This document shows, one piece after another, positions 26,469-38,429 of a stretch of 53,482 nucleotides of DNA; positions within the stretch are counted from its first letter, which is position 1; every line of letters starts with the position of its first letter. Source of the DNA: Proteromonas lacertae. Taxonomy: Eukaryota. Location: assembly GCA_002245135.1 (NCBI GenBank), contig NGBS01000007.1:186001-239482 (forward strand), written 5' to 3'. Made by a program: the position numbers and the translations under genes. Below the pieces are notes generated by a model that worked only from the letters and a program-made list of their open reading frames with translations, searched no databases and had not been told where the DNA came from.

Positions 26469-29400
26469 TATAATAATATAATATATACTTAGCTGTGTGT
26501 ATGGTTTAAATATTGTATTCCACAAGTTACTGTTAATCTCTGTACTGTTTGTTATTTGTGTTCTTGGCCATATTGAAGTAGGCTAATGATTGAATGAATA
26601 TTTGATTTAAAGTGAGTAATAGAAATGAAAATGATGAATTATATTTATCATTATGGACTTTCTTATAGTATTCTTCTTCTATTGTCATTTTGGTAATAAA
26701 TCTGTAAATTTTTATATCATTATTTTGAAATGATTTACTATTTAATGGTTTATATATAACATGATCATTTAAAGACAATCCATTATCAAAGATAATTATT
26801 ACATTATAATCATTCAATCTACAATCCATTAAATTGAGATTAGAATCAACCAACAGTATAGAATCTGATCTTTTACATTCTTCTAATAATTTCATTCTTT
26901 CATAACCATTCAAACTTTCATATAATATTCTAATTGGTTTATTATAAACACTACAAAAGTGTGATAATACTTCCAGTGTAAATTGATTCTAATAATATAA
27001 TAGTAATATAATATCTATACTCGAGATAGAATTGCAATTCTTTTATTCATATTGATATTTTCATCTAATATTCTCTTTAATTCCACTAATTTGTTAGTAT
27101 AATAACACATATCTTTCTCAAACATTAATGGAGTGACTATCAATAGAGGATGACTCATTATCTTCACTGTATCTTCTAAAAGCGAAGTTAAATCTTTCTA
27201 TAAACAAAATATTATATATATAATATACTCTTTTATTATTCAATAATTTCATATAATTTGTTTGTAGAAAGAACTCTATTGTTTTTAACTGAAATTCAGT
27301 TGGTTGTACATACACTACTTCAGTATTATAATTATCAAAAAAACAACTAGAGAAATATCTTTTAATTGAATAATTGGATGATGTAATAAGATAATCATAA
27401 CTCATATTACCACAACCTGTAGATTCCCAAAAATTTAAAAAACTTAAAAACTATTTTGATAATATAATATATATATATATATACTTTAGATAATATTGAA
27501 ACAGTAATTTCTGTTTTATTATGATAGAATATTACATGTCTATTTTCACTAATATATTTCTTTATTTTAAGACAAATCACATCATATTTACTTTTCTCAC
27601 AACTATCCATTGCATATAAACTATTCATATCGATAATAATATCAGGAAATGTGTAATGACTTACATTGGAATCATATAAAAACGATTCTACGGTATATAT
27701 AATAATATCCTGTTGTTGAAATTGTTTGTATTCGTTTTCATAGAATGCTTTAGAATCAAATATTGTCTTACATATTGATACATTACAGCCAAAGGACCAA
27801 TACTTTATATCTCTTTTCCATTTATTTACTGCTTCATCTGAAGCAATCTAATAATATATATATATATATATATATATATGATACTATAAGGATTGGAATA
27901 TGATTATTTTTTATCAATATATTGATATACGATATTAACATTACTCTTACACCTAATCCATATTCATAACACACAATTCCTTAAAATATAATTAAAGAAA
28001 CAAATAAAACGAATATAAAGAAAAAAAAGATATATTGATATTATTCTCATACATCCATATCAACTTCATTACATCATATTTCTGATATTCAGTCAACTCT
28101 TGACACAAATGAATTGGCTTTTCTATATCCACATTAATACTTCTCCTTCTATTCTTATTATTCTTCTGCACATTATTATATTGTTCAATTTCTGATATAA
28201 ATGGTAATATATCAATGAAATATTCTTCACTTAAATCATCATAACCTAATCCTTCCCATTTTACAATATATTGTTCATATAATGGACATCCTTCAATATC
28301 ATAATCATCACTGTCATTTGTTTCACTTACATTTTGTTTTTGCTTTATAATTTTCTCGATTTTGCAGTAATTTTTATATGATTCAATACTGGGAACTAGA
28401 CCGAAGTTTACATATGTAAACTAAATAATAAATAATATAAAAATATAAAAATATATATATATAAATACATAAAACAGTTTAAACATTTGTAAAGCTTCTG
28501 TAGATATTTTGAAGTATGATTCTTTTACCCACGTACATTTTGAATAGCTTTTAGACTTCCATTTTATAAGATATTGATTATGTCTATCACTTTCAGGTAT
28601 TGGAATATCTGGAACTTCATTCTTCCATTCTTTAATACGATCTTTTAGACAGAAATAACAGTAACACAATTTACGACATTTTAAACATTTCCATTTTGAT
28701 TGATTCTTATTATTATTATGTTTATAAGCTGATATATAATCTCTTGATAATGGGAAAATATCACTTAGACAATTCTGACAATAATATATATTACAACCCT
28801 ATTTAACAATATAATTCAAATATATATATATATATATACACTACATTTTAAACATTTTGTATTAATTCTACGGCAATAATGACATATTGTATTGTTATAT
28901 TCCCAAGGCAGTAATTCATCTGGATTATCATACCCATTATTAACACAATTATCACAATACCAGTCATCTTCTGGAACTTCTTTTAAACCTTCACAACTTA
29001 AATGCACACTTCGGACTACATCCTTCACACATTATTATTGGCTCTGTCAGAGCATCTGTTTTGCAGATAACACATTTCATTGCTGAAGCCAATGATTTCT
29101 AATATATTATATTATAGTATATTATATGACAAAAAAATACATCAACTAGCTCCTTCTTTTTTATTTGGTAGTAATGCTGAATTTGATATTCATCATACAT
29201 AGGTCTCCAGCTAACTATTTTTTCAATTTCTAATTCACTATAACACTCAGGACACCAGTCACTTTCAAATATACCTGGCATTATCGGAACACACTCCAAA
29301 TGATAATAACAGTAACAATAGTCACAAAGAATTACACCACCGCTTTTATGACACGCATAACATGAATCTGCATGACATAAATCACAATAAAATGTCTTAT

Positions 29401-29628
29401 CTCCTAAAATAATAAAATGAAACACTATACCTTCAAACTCTACACAATTTTTGTGATATCTTCTTGAGCATATTGCACATTTCAAATCAGTATATGGTTT
29501 ATTACATTTCTAGCACGATATAACTCTAACTATACACAACAAACATCTCGTAATATTTCATTTTCACTTTCTCTACAAATATAGAACAATAACAAAAAAT
29601 ACACTTCTTCTTCACTACTTTCACTCAT
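25290..29628 (-). CDS. CHD/Mi-2-like chromatin protein: PHD fingers, zf-4CXXC_R1-like finger, tandem chromodomains, degenerate SNF2 ATPase (3' end approximate)
   Basis: ATG 29628. PHD CYACHKSGGVILCDYC...YHLEC...WCPEC; chromodomains YLIKWKSKSYSKCTWV and YIVKWEGLGYDDLSEE; SNF2 remnants LTEYQ, GIVCYEYGLGVR, SHPLL and IYRFITKMTIEE. More than ten short introns and about four single-base frameshifts. Confidence 0.78.
27981..28033 (-). other. Candidate minor-spliceosome (U12-type) intron, 53 nt, AT-AA termini as assembled
   Basis: Begins ATATCTTT; branch-like TTTCTTTAAT lies 10 nt before the end. Removal restores NNIN|GIVCYEYGLG, matching the SNF2 NGILADEMGLG spacing. Confidence 0.6.
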
Positions 29629-29674
29629 TTTTTGAAAAACTAAGAATTGGTTCGAAAATTTCACTCCCTAAATA

Positions 29675-30925
29675 ATGTTTTGCTTAAAATCTTTACTGGA
29701 AAGCACAAATTACTCGATATTACCCTTGGACACACATGTACTACAGTTTATTTTTATTTTTAGATAAAAGGAGAAGGGAAAGAAGAATAATGATGAAGTA
29801 GATTTAGTTGTAGAATGTGGAAATGATTTAAGGCAAATGAAAGTAATAAAACTTGCTGAAATAAAAGAAAAGAATGTATTAATATTTTTAGATAACAACT
29901 TATTAATATCAGAATGTTGTTTACCCTTTATTATTCCTTCTAAGGTATATCAGTTTAATAATCGAAGTGAATATGTAATGTTATTGCGAGAATATTATGA
30001 AAGAGATATGGAAGAGTTTATTCAGATTAAGTTAATATCTAGTGTTGATGTGAGTGATGTGATATGTTCAATATGTAATTTACTCATGATAATTAGTGAA
30101 TATGATTTAGTTGTTGATAATCTGAAGAGTTCAAATATAATTTATGAAAGAGATGGTAATTTGAAGTTATGTGATTTATTCTTGAATAGAATGAGAAAAG
30201 AATGTGATTATAAATTATATGATGTTTGTTTTAAAAGCCCAGAAGAATTGAATGGATTAGAAATAAATGAGAGAAGTGTGATTTGGTCATTAGGTTGTAT
30301 ATTATATGAATTATTAACTCATAAATTACCATTTTATGTGAAAGATTCAAAATCAATGATTCTCACATCCCTTTAATAAAACAGATTAATTATGAATATC
30401 TTGATTTATCCAATAACAGCATTAGTTATAGAGGATTGAAAGAATTAACAGATTATTTACCTGAAAAAACACAATTCATATCAATATATAATAATCCAAT
30501 TGGAGATGAAGGAATAGAGATAGTATGTATGTATTTAGATAGATTTGTTGAAGAATATGAAGAAGATAAAAAGAAGAAGTTAAATTTGTCAAGTAAAAAT
30601 ACACTATTTTCTATTATTTATAGATATTGGAATGAATGAAAATGGGTTAAGTATATTAATAGATAAATTAAAAGATTATTATCCATTGAAAAAGATCAAT
30701 CTATCAGGAAATGAATTAAATGAAAGAGGATTGAGATTAATGAAAGAAAATGAAGAAGTATTTGATTATTTATACGGTTTAACGATAACAGTAAAAGAAA
30801 ATATAGGTCTATCTGAATTAAAATTATTTTTAAAGATATTTTCATCAATTGGAATAATAAAATTAGATGGATTTTTAGAAAAAGAAAAGAAAGAATTGTC
30901 AAAAGAATTCTTCAATATTGAATAA
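29675..30925 (+). CDS. Truncated pseudokinase (NEK/AGC-like fold) fused to RI-type leucine-rich repeats
   Basis: VVDNLKSSNII...GNLKLCDLFL...FKSPEEL...IWSLGCILYELLTHKLPF, then LDLSNNSISYRG, ISIYNNPIGDEG, LNLS|NIGMNENG and INLSGNELNERG. Two GT-AG introns; frame breaks near 29777 and 30372. Confidence 0.68.
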
Positions 30926-31055
30926 TCCATTTTATTATACTTTTATGTTTAATTCATTCTGTTTTTCTATAAATAATAATAATTAATTATTCAGGCTTGA
31001 TTACTAGTTTGTACTTATTTTCATTTTCATTTTCATTTTTATCATAATACTCTAA

Positions 31056-31629
31056 ATGTCACCAATTTTATTTCGTAATACACAAAATGCTCTAAAAATA
31101 GTCAAAAGTGATGTGCAAAGAAGTATACAAGGCATGCTATCGTTACTTTCATATGCTGATTGGTATTTCTGTTAATATAATATATTGAAGGAGTGTTTCA
31201 ATCTGGTTTTGTAATAATAAATTTATTCGAAAGTTTAATCGTGAATGTCGAGGTATAAACAAACCGACTGATATTTTGACATTCGCAAATCATGTATGAT
31301 ATAATAGTATGATAATAATATAATAGAAAGCAATTCGTGCTGGTGTATTACCAATAGTTCCTTCAGATGACTTAAAGGACTTGGGTCAAATATTAATATC
31401 TTGTGAGTATGTAAAATCAACTTGTTTGAAGAATGGAAGAGATCCTTATAGTGATTTGACATTGTTATATGCTCATGGTTTATGTCATGCACTTGGATAT
31501 AATCACGAAAATGACAATGATTATGAAATAATGAAACTGAAAGAAGATTATATATTGAGTAACTATGAGAAATTTTTACCTCCAGAAAATATAGATTTAG
31601 ATAAATACCAACCAAATATGATTATTTAA
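31056..31629 (+). CDS. YBEY: Endoribonuclease YbeY
   Basis: After two introns: IRKFNRECRGINKPTDILTF...DLGQILIS...HGLCHALGYNH, the H-x3-H-x5-H zinc motif of UPF0054. Confidence 0.93.
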
Positions 31630-31726
31630 AAATAAAAATAACAACAAATATATGTAGAAAGTCACTTAGTTTATAATAACAAATATTGTAATATATATAT
31701 AAATAACTAATTGTTGATCTATTCAT

Positions 31727-34628
31727 TTATACTGTTATCTCTATTGTTCCACAAACTTGAGGTGATATTTGTAAATAATCATACTCATTTGTTAATATAT
31801 CATCAATAATATCACCCATTTTGCCTTTAATTTTCTTTAAATGATTAGAAGTGTAACAAGTAGATAATTCTATATTCACTTTCTCTTTTGAATTGAAATA
31901 TAAATCAAATTTGAAATTATTTGCTTTTAATCCTCCATCATGCCTAATCAGATATTGATTATTCACTGGTTTGGGTAAAGGCTTGTTATAACTCCACGAA
32001 TATAAATTCTTTGATGGAATTGCAATAATTGACCAACCAGCATCTATTGTATCTACACTAACTTCAACTTTTCGAATGTATTTTTCATTCATTATATCAT
32101 CATGATATTTAATCAATTCATTTCTATCAAAATGAACATTTGATGTAATATTCAATTGTGGATAATAATTATCCACAAAACTACTATGTGGTTTAATCTT
32201 ATGAATGGTTAAACCACCAATCATTTTGTGAAAAGGAGTCATTACTTTCTGAAGATAATCTGATTCTATATTTATATAAGATCTTAGATTCTTTTGCCAT
32301 TTATATTTATTATCATCAAAACCAAAGAGTTTGTATATTTCCTTATTCTTTACACCATCTCCAATTCCAAATATTAAATCAGATCTAATTATACCACTAC
32401 CACTACTACCACCAACAACACCACCATTTATATTATCATTAATATTCGATGTAGTATCTATTGATTTCCATTTATGAAGATGAACTGGATATATCCTTTT
32501 AGGTGTTTCGATTGTATGAACTGGTAAGATAAATGAAAATAATATTCCAATTGAAGCTATTAATATTAACACTATTTTCATATTTCTATTATTTTCTATT
32601 CTTATTAGCGTAGGTAAACAGATCAATGCTGTGGTTAAACTGAATGAAACTAAGATTGGGAAGTAAATAATAGCTTCATGGAAAAATGCATTTCTTTCTC
32701 CAATTCTTCCACTGATTGGAGGTAATATACACATTAATTCATAAAATGGCTCACTCCATAATATTGAAATAGGTAAGGAATATATCATATTTGTTAAGAT
32801 TGTTACTTCTTTTACTTGTTTCTTTAAATGTTCTTTGATTGAACCAATGCTTAAACTAAATATCCAACAAGGAATTAATAAACCAAATATTACTATGGAA
32901 ATAAATATATTATATATGTATTATACCTGAATTAAATGAAGCAAAGAATAATGAAAATATTGAAAAGAATATACTAATTCCAAAGTAACTATGAATTTCT
33001 AAATCTCTTAAGGAATAACCTCTACAAATATATACAATAAAACAATATTATATATATAAATATATACAATTTACATAATTTATATTTTTCAACTTCTAAT
33101 GTCTTTATAAATCCATAAAAGAATGGCGGTGAATATAACAATACACCTAACCATCTGTTACTATACCAACTTAAAGGATGAGATAGAATATAAATATGAA
33201 ATAAGGAAAATAATAAAAAATAAAACAAACCATTTAACACTGATTTGAACATTATTTGTAGGAATAACGAATATAATTTCATATTCTTATAGCACATTTT
33301 AATCGTAACTACTGTCAATATGAATAGTATAAAAAATAACATTGGTCTTTCAATAATAATTAAATATTTTCGAAATATATCTGTAAATAATGGAGAACTT
33401 GTAAAACCTTTACTATCTGTTTCTTCTATTATGTTATCCAATTCTGGAGAATTTGCGATTTCTAATATAAATGGTAATAAACTTTCACCTAAATATTGTA
33501 ATTGACCTTTTTCAACATGATTAATATCATCAATGAGTGAATGGTAAACATAACCATTTTTATACCAAGCAAAATCAACACCAGGAAGTGGTGATTTTCT
33601 TAACACTTCACTTTGATATTTATACTGTTTAAATATCTCATAATCAGTTTCTGCTGGGATTATATGCCAATCAAAGAAATCTTGACCAAAGGAGGAAACG
33701 TGGGGATGTTTTACAACTCTATAAATATAATATAAGTTAGAATTATTTCAATACTTTTTATATGATCTTATCATCCATGATGTTTGATCAGAATTCTCAA
33801 ACAATAAGCTTGATCCACCACTACCAATACTCTCTAAGTTAATAAATGCTCTTACATCTTTACTCCAAGGATGACTGTAGATAAAACCATGAGCTCCTTG
33901 TAAAAATGGCTCTTCTGCACCATTAAACAGAAATGTCATTTTGTGAGAGATTATTCTGTTTGTATTGACGATATTGTTTATTAATTCTAACATTATCTAT
34001 TTATATTATTATAATAACAAACATTAATATATATATATACTGATACTGCAGCTAAATCATCTGAAGCTCCTTTTGAGATTATTGCTGAATCAAAATGAGC
34101 ATTGATTAAAACTGATGGAATTCCATTGGAACTTGGATATTCTTTTAATAAAGATGAATGATAAACGTTTACTATTATATTTGTAACATCTGAATAGGAA
34201 TTTACGTAACTATCTAAAAAGTCAGAATAATAAGATCCAGTGACTTTCTGGTACTAAATTATTAAATATAATAACAAAAATATATTAAATATATACATCA
34301 ATTTCAACTGTCCAATTGAACTTGTTGTTCTTTAACTTCTCTAATTCTTTTATAATGTAATTTGGAACAAGTACTTCATTTGCATATGTACCAAGTATAT
34401 TATATCCTGTTGAATCAAAATATTGTAAATGCTTCCAAGCTCTTTCTTCAGAAAACACATTTTTGTTATGCATATGATCTTTTACTGGATTTGGAAGACT
34501 AAACATCGAAACATAACAACCATAGAAAATTGTAGCTTCTCTGTGATAAGTTGTAATAGAAATAGAATATACAATGCTAATACTAGCAGAAGTCCTTTGT
34601 AATAATACGCATCGTTTCTTTTTATCAT
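31727..34628 (-). CDS. ERMP1: ER metallopeptidase 1-like M28 peptidase with multi-pass TM region
   Basis: FSEERAWKHL, NAHFDS, GASDD, FLFNGAEE...GAHGF, FINLESIGSGG, IPAETDYEIF, PGVDFAWYKNGYVYHS, then TM helices and PKR motif. About six GT-AG introns; ATG 34628. Confidence 0.9.
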
Positions 34629-34712
34629 AACTCTACGAAGAAAGAAGAAGTAAAGTTCAATTTTAATATGCAAATAAAGCCGTTTCAAAAACAGAAAAAA
34701 AACACTGAAACA

Positions 34713-36602
34713 TTAATTAGAAACGTGTGTTACATCCATTAATTGTACAGTCATTAATGGAGAAGCAAAGAATTCAACGAATGGGTAATAACCTTTAACA
34801 TCTCCTGAATATATTTCTTCATCTTCCAAATCGTCTATCTTAATAATGTATTTCTGATTATTAACATCAATTCTACATTCAATTTCAGCTCCTTCTCTTA
34901 CTCTCAAGCCAGATTGTTCTGCAGCAACACCATCAACATATTTTGTACCTTCATTCCCATCAAATGCAATTGTATCTTTCTTTTTGAATAAAGGAACTAT
35001 ATATTCATTCCCTTTATCATTGTTTGATAGTTTTGTCAAACCAAACATAATATCACCATAATTACCTTCATCCATAATAAGTTGATATTTAATTGAATAT
35101 ATGCCTTCTTCTATACTAAAGTTCAATAATACATAACAATATTCATTCTTTGTTGATGATGCGATTTTACTATCAGTACTTAGAATTATATCTTCATGTT
35201 TATAAAGAGTAGAAAATGAATAGTTACTATTTCTAGAATCTTCTCCTATTACATTAACTTGTTGTTGTTGTTGCTGCTGCTGGTGATGTTGTAGTTGTTG
35301 TGATGTTGTTCCATTATTATTATTGTTATCATCATCATTTGATGTATTTGATAATGGTGATGGTAATGGTGATGGTAATGATGGATCATGTTGTTGAGGT
35401 ATAATCGTGGTTGGTGTAGATGATCTTGAACTGTCATCTGATGCTAATTCACTTAATATATTACCATATTTTGTTTTGAATAATTCTATATACTTATTAC
35501 TTTCATTCTTCATATTGAAATCTTCTTTCTTTGACATTTCCTTTAATTTATTGACGAATAATATTAAATAATCTGGCGATAACATATAAAAATCTATTCA
35601 ATATAATAATAATAACAATTGTAAATAAATACTATTAAATAACAAGTGAACAGTTATAAGTATAACCAAATCAGATTGCTGGAGTATAAAATCAACATAT
35701 GGAGTTAATGAAAGAGAGAGAAAGTCTTTTTCATTAGAATCAATCAAAGTTCCTGATTTTAAACATCTTAAATAATAACTGTCTATTATCTCATTATTGG
35801 TACAATTGTAATATATATGATTATGCTTTACAAATGGAATTAATTTTTCATAATTTGGATCTTTCAATTGATTAAGTAAGTTCGTTTCACAATATTTTTG
35901 AATTATTTCATCATTGATAAAGTCTTTTATATTTTCCACATTTATATTATTCCACTGTATTTGGCATAATATATTTGTTATTATATTTGATTGTATTTCT
36001 TCAGCTTTTTCGTGGATATATTTCATTATTTGTTTCAATAATACATCTTCTGATGGAATGATTATATTCTCCAGTTTTAAACAATGTAATAGGGTGTTCG
36101 ATGGTAAAGTTAATAATTTATATGATGAATAGATTTCATATGCGTTTGACTGTAAGAATTTATCAACTACTGGAAATGTATCACTAAGATTTGATTCGAT
36201 TAAAGCAACAGCCATACTTAAATTGATATTATTTTCTAAATACTCTTCACAATACTTGCTCAATGTTGTGCATTTGTATTCTACAGAACACTTTATAGTA
36301 GATATGACATTTTCGTTTGTAAGTTGAATCTTTTGGAAGGACAAATAGTTTATCATATTATTAAATCCTACATAGTCAACATTTTGGTTTGATATAGTAA
36401 ATTCGTTCTTTGTCATATCTGAAAGGATTTTTTCAAATTCTTTGGAATTCAGAATCAATATACATCTGAGTGCTTTTATTTGTTTATCTTCTACAAAAAA
36501 AGTCACATCACACAAAGACCTTTCTCTTAATTTCTGTAACAGACTAATTCAATAAAATCATATAACATTATACTGCTCAGGTGTTCCTAATAGTATGCTC
36601 AT
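34713..36602 (-). CDS. BTB/POZ-BACK protein with poly-Q/N linker and C-terminal SPRY-like domain
   Basis: ATG 36602, 30-nt intron, then LCDVTFFVEDKQIKALRCILILNSKEFEKIL (BTB). C-terminal IEEGIYSIKY...IMFGL...GAEIECRIDVNNQ...GYYPFV (SPRY-like). A second intron near 35590-35630. Confidence 0.82.
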
Positions 36603-36815
36603 TTTTATATTATTTAATAAACAACAATTGATAAGAATATTCGAGTGTTTCAAAAACAAAAAATAAAATTGAAACGATAATATTTTTTGTTAACAACAAA
36701 TCATTTATCCAATAAAACAACTAATCTATAGATTGGTTATCAGAAGATATATCTTTTAATTTAACAGAAGATATATTTATTCAAAAAACAAAAAACAAAA
36801 ACAAAATAAACAATT

Positions 36816-38349
36816 CTATAATTCTGTCATCCACGAAAACTGAAATTTTTGACATAAGTCATCTTTCATCTTCCTTGTAAAGAATGTATAATTAGCTTCT
36901 ATACAACCAAATAGTGATATTGGTATATTAATCCCAATACCAGCAGAATATCTCATTGTCTGCTTTATATTCATCAATTCATTCTTTGTTAAAGACTTTA
37001 CATTCATCACATTCCCAGCTTGAGCATATAATCTAAATCTTGCATTTGTATTCTCAGTGATATTCCACGGAATAGGTATGAACAGTGATATATTTGTGCC
37101 AAATGCTGTATTTCCTCCAATATAATCACTTTTCTTACTTTCTTCTTCCTCATTGTTGTTTACTGATTTATTTCTGATAGTAATTGGATTATATCTTGGT
37201 CCTAAACCACAATATTCAAATCCTCTAATTGTTTCATTACCCATGCAGAATAAATCATCAATATTACACTGATTACTTCCACTATTGTTAATTGTGGCAT
37301 TCATATATCCTAACAACACTCCAAAAGAAAGAGACCAAGTGGGAGAATAATAATTCTCAACTAATGGGATATAGTGATGTAATATAATCTTAGATTTACT
37401 GAAATTGGAAGATCCTTTTAAACCAGCCATTTCTGTATTAAACTGAATAGAAGAACCGCTAGAAGGAGCAGCAGAATCATCAAAATTCTCTATTTAAAAT
37501 AAAATAAATAATATATAAATATTATACGATTGTAATAAGAATAACCAATTGAATTTTTCAACTGTGGAACAATAGTCTTTAATAATTGAGGTGAAATAAT
37601 ATATTTATTCTTCACATCCAAGTCTTCTGTACTTGGAACATAATCCTTTAGTTCACTACTTATATACCAACTATGTTTATAATCAGGGGTTGTATATTTT
37701 ACTGATACTTCATGTGACATTTTGTTGATTGATCTTTCTTGACTTAAATCTATTGTTTGGTTTAAATATTGAAGTGTAAAACTTCCTGGTATATTGAATA
37801 AGTATGGAAATGTTAATTGTAAGTCTTTGGTAGTTTTTGCCTTTGATAAAAAATCTGCTCCTCTAGATATTTTACCTGAAAACATTTCTGCATTTCCTAA
37901 GAGATTTCTGATATTGAATTCAATGTTTCCTGTTAAACCTTCTTGATTACTAGTAGCTATTCCTCCTCCAAATTTGAAATATGGATTTTCTTCAACATCT
38001 ACTAAGATTTTTAACGCATTTTTGTCAACATATTTATCATCTATTTTTAATAAGTTAAAATGATTAATTTATACCAAAATCAACTCTCAAAAACAATTTC
38101 TCAGGATTGAATAATCCTAATTCCAATAAATGTTGGTAAGTTATAGCAAGACTCTTTTCTAATTCTTTTCTTCCATTTATTATTTTAGGTATATCCTAAG
38201 TATATTACATATATTGCATATACTCTAAAAGCTCTTTCAAATATTCGATTACTATAGAAATAAATGATAAAATGCACAATATACTTTGTCCTCTTGTTAC
38301 CTTTAACAGAAAACCCACGGAATGTAAATCTACTATTTTCTTCTTTCAT
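36816..38349 (-). CDS. SAM50: Sam50/Tob55 (Omp85 family) outer-membrane beta-barrel assembly protein
   Basis: POTRA-like N-terminus (VKGNKRT...LGLF...VDVEE), RNLLGNAE, Omp85 motif IRGF in TIRGFEYCGLGPR, IGGN, RYSAGIGI, and C-terminal beta-signal-like KFQFS. Four GT-AG introns. Confidence 0.9.
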
Positions 38350-38429
38350 TTTCAATCAAAATACAGAAAGACAATGTATTATATGTATTGACTTGTATTT
38401 GAGTCATTTTCTCATTATTCTTTTTTGAG

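Noticed and set aside
36718..36778. Imperfect palindrome AACTAATCTATAGATTGGTT and direct repeat CAGAAGATATAT x2 between Sam50 and the BTB-SPRY gene
   Set aside because: Short, AT-rich and single-copy, with no ncRNA or transposon hallmarks; compatible with chance.
14294..38349. Functional cluster of mitochondrion-related genes (EndoG, YbeY, Sam50)
   Set aside because: They are separated by unrelated genes over 24 kb; co-occurrence is consistent with chance in a compact genome.
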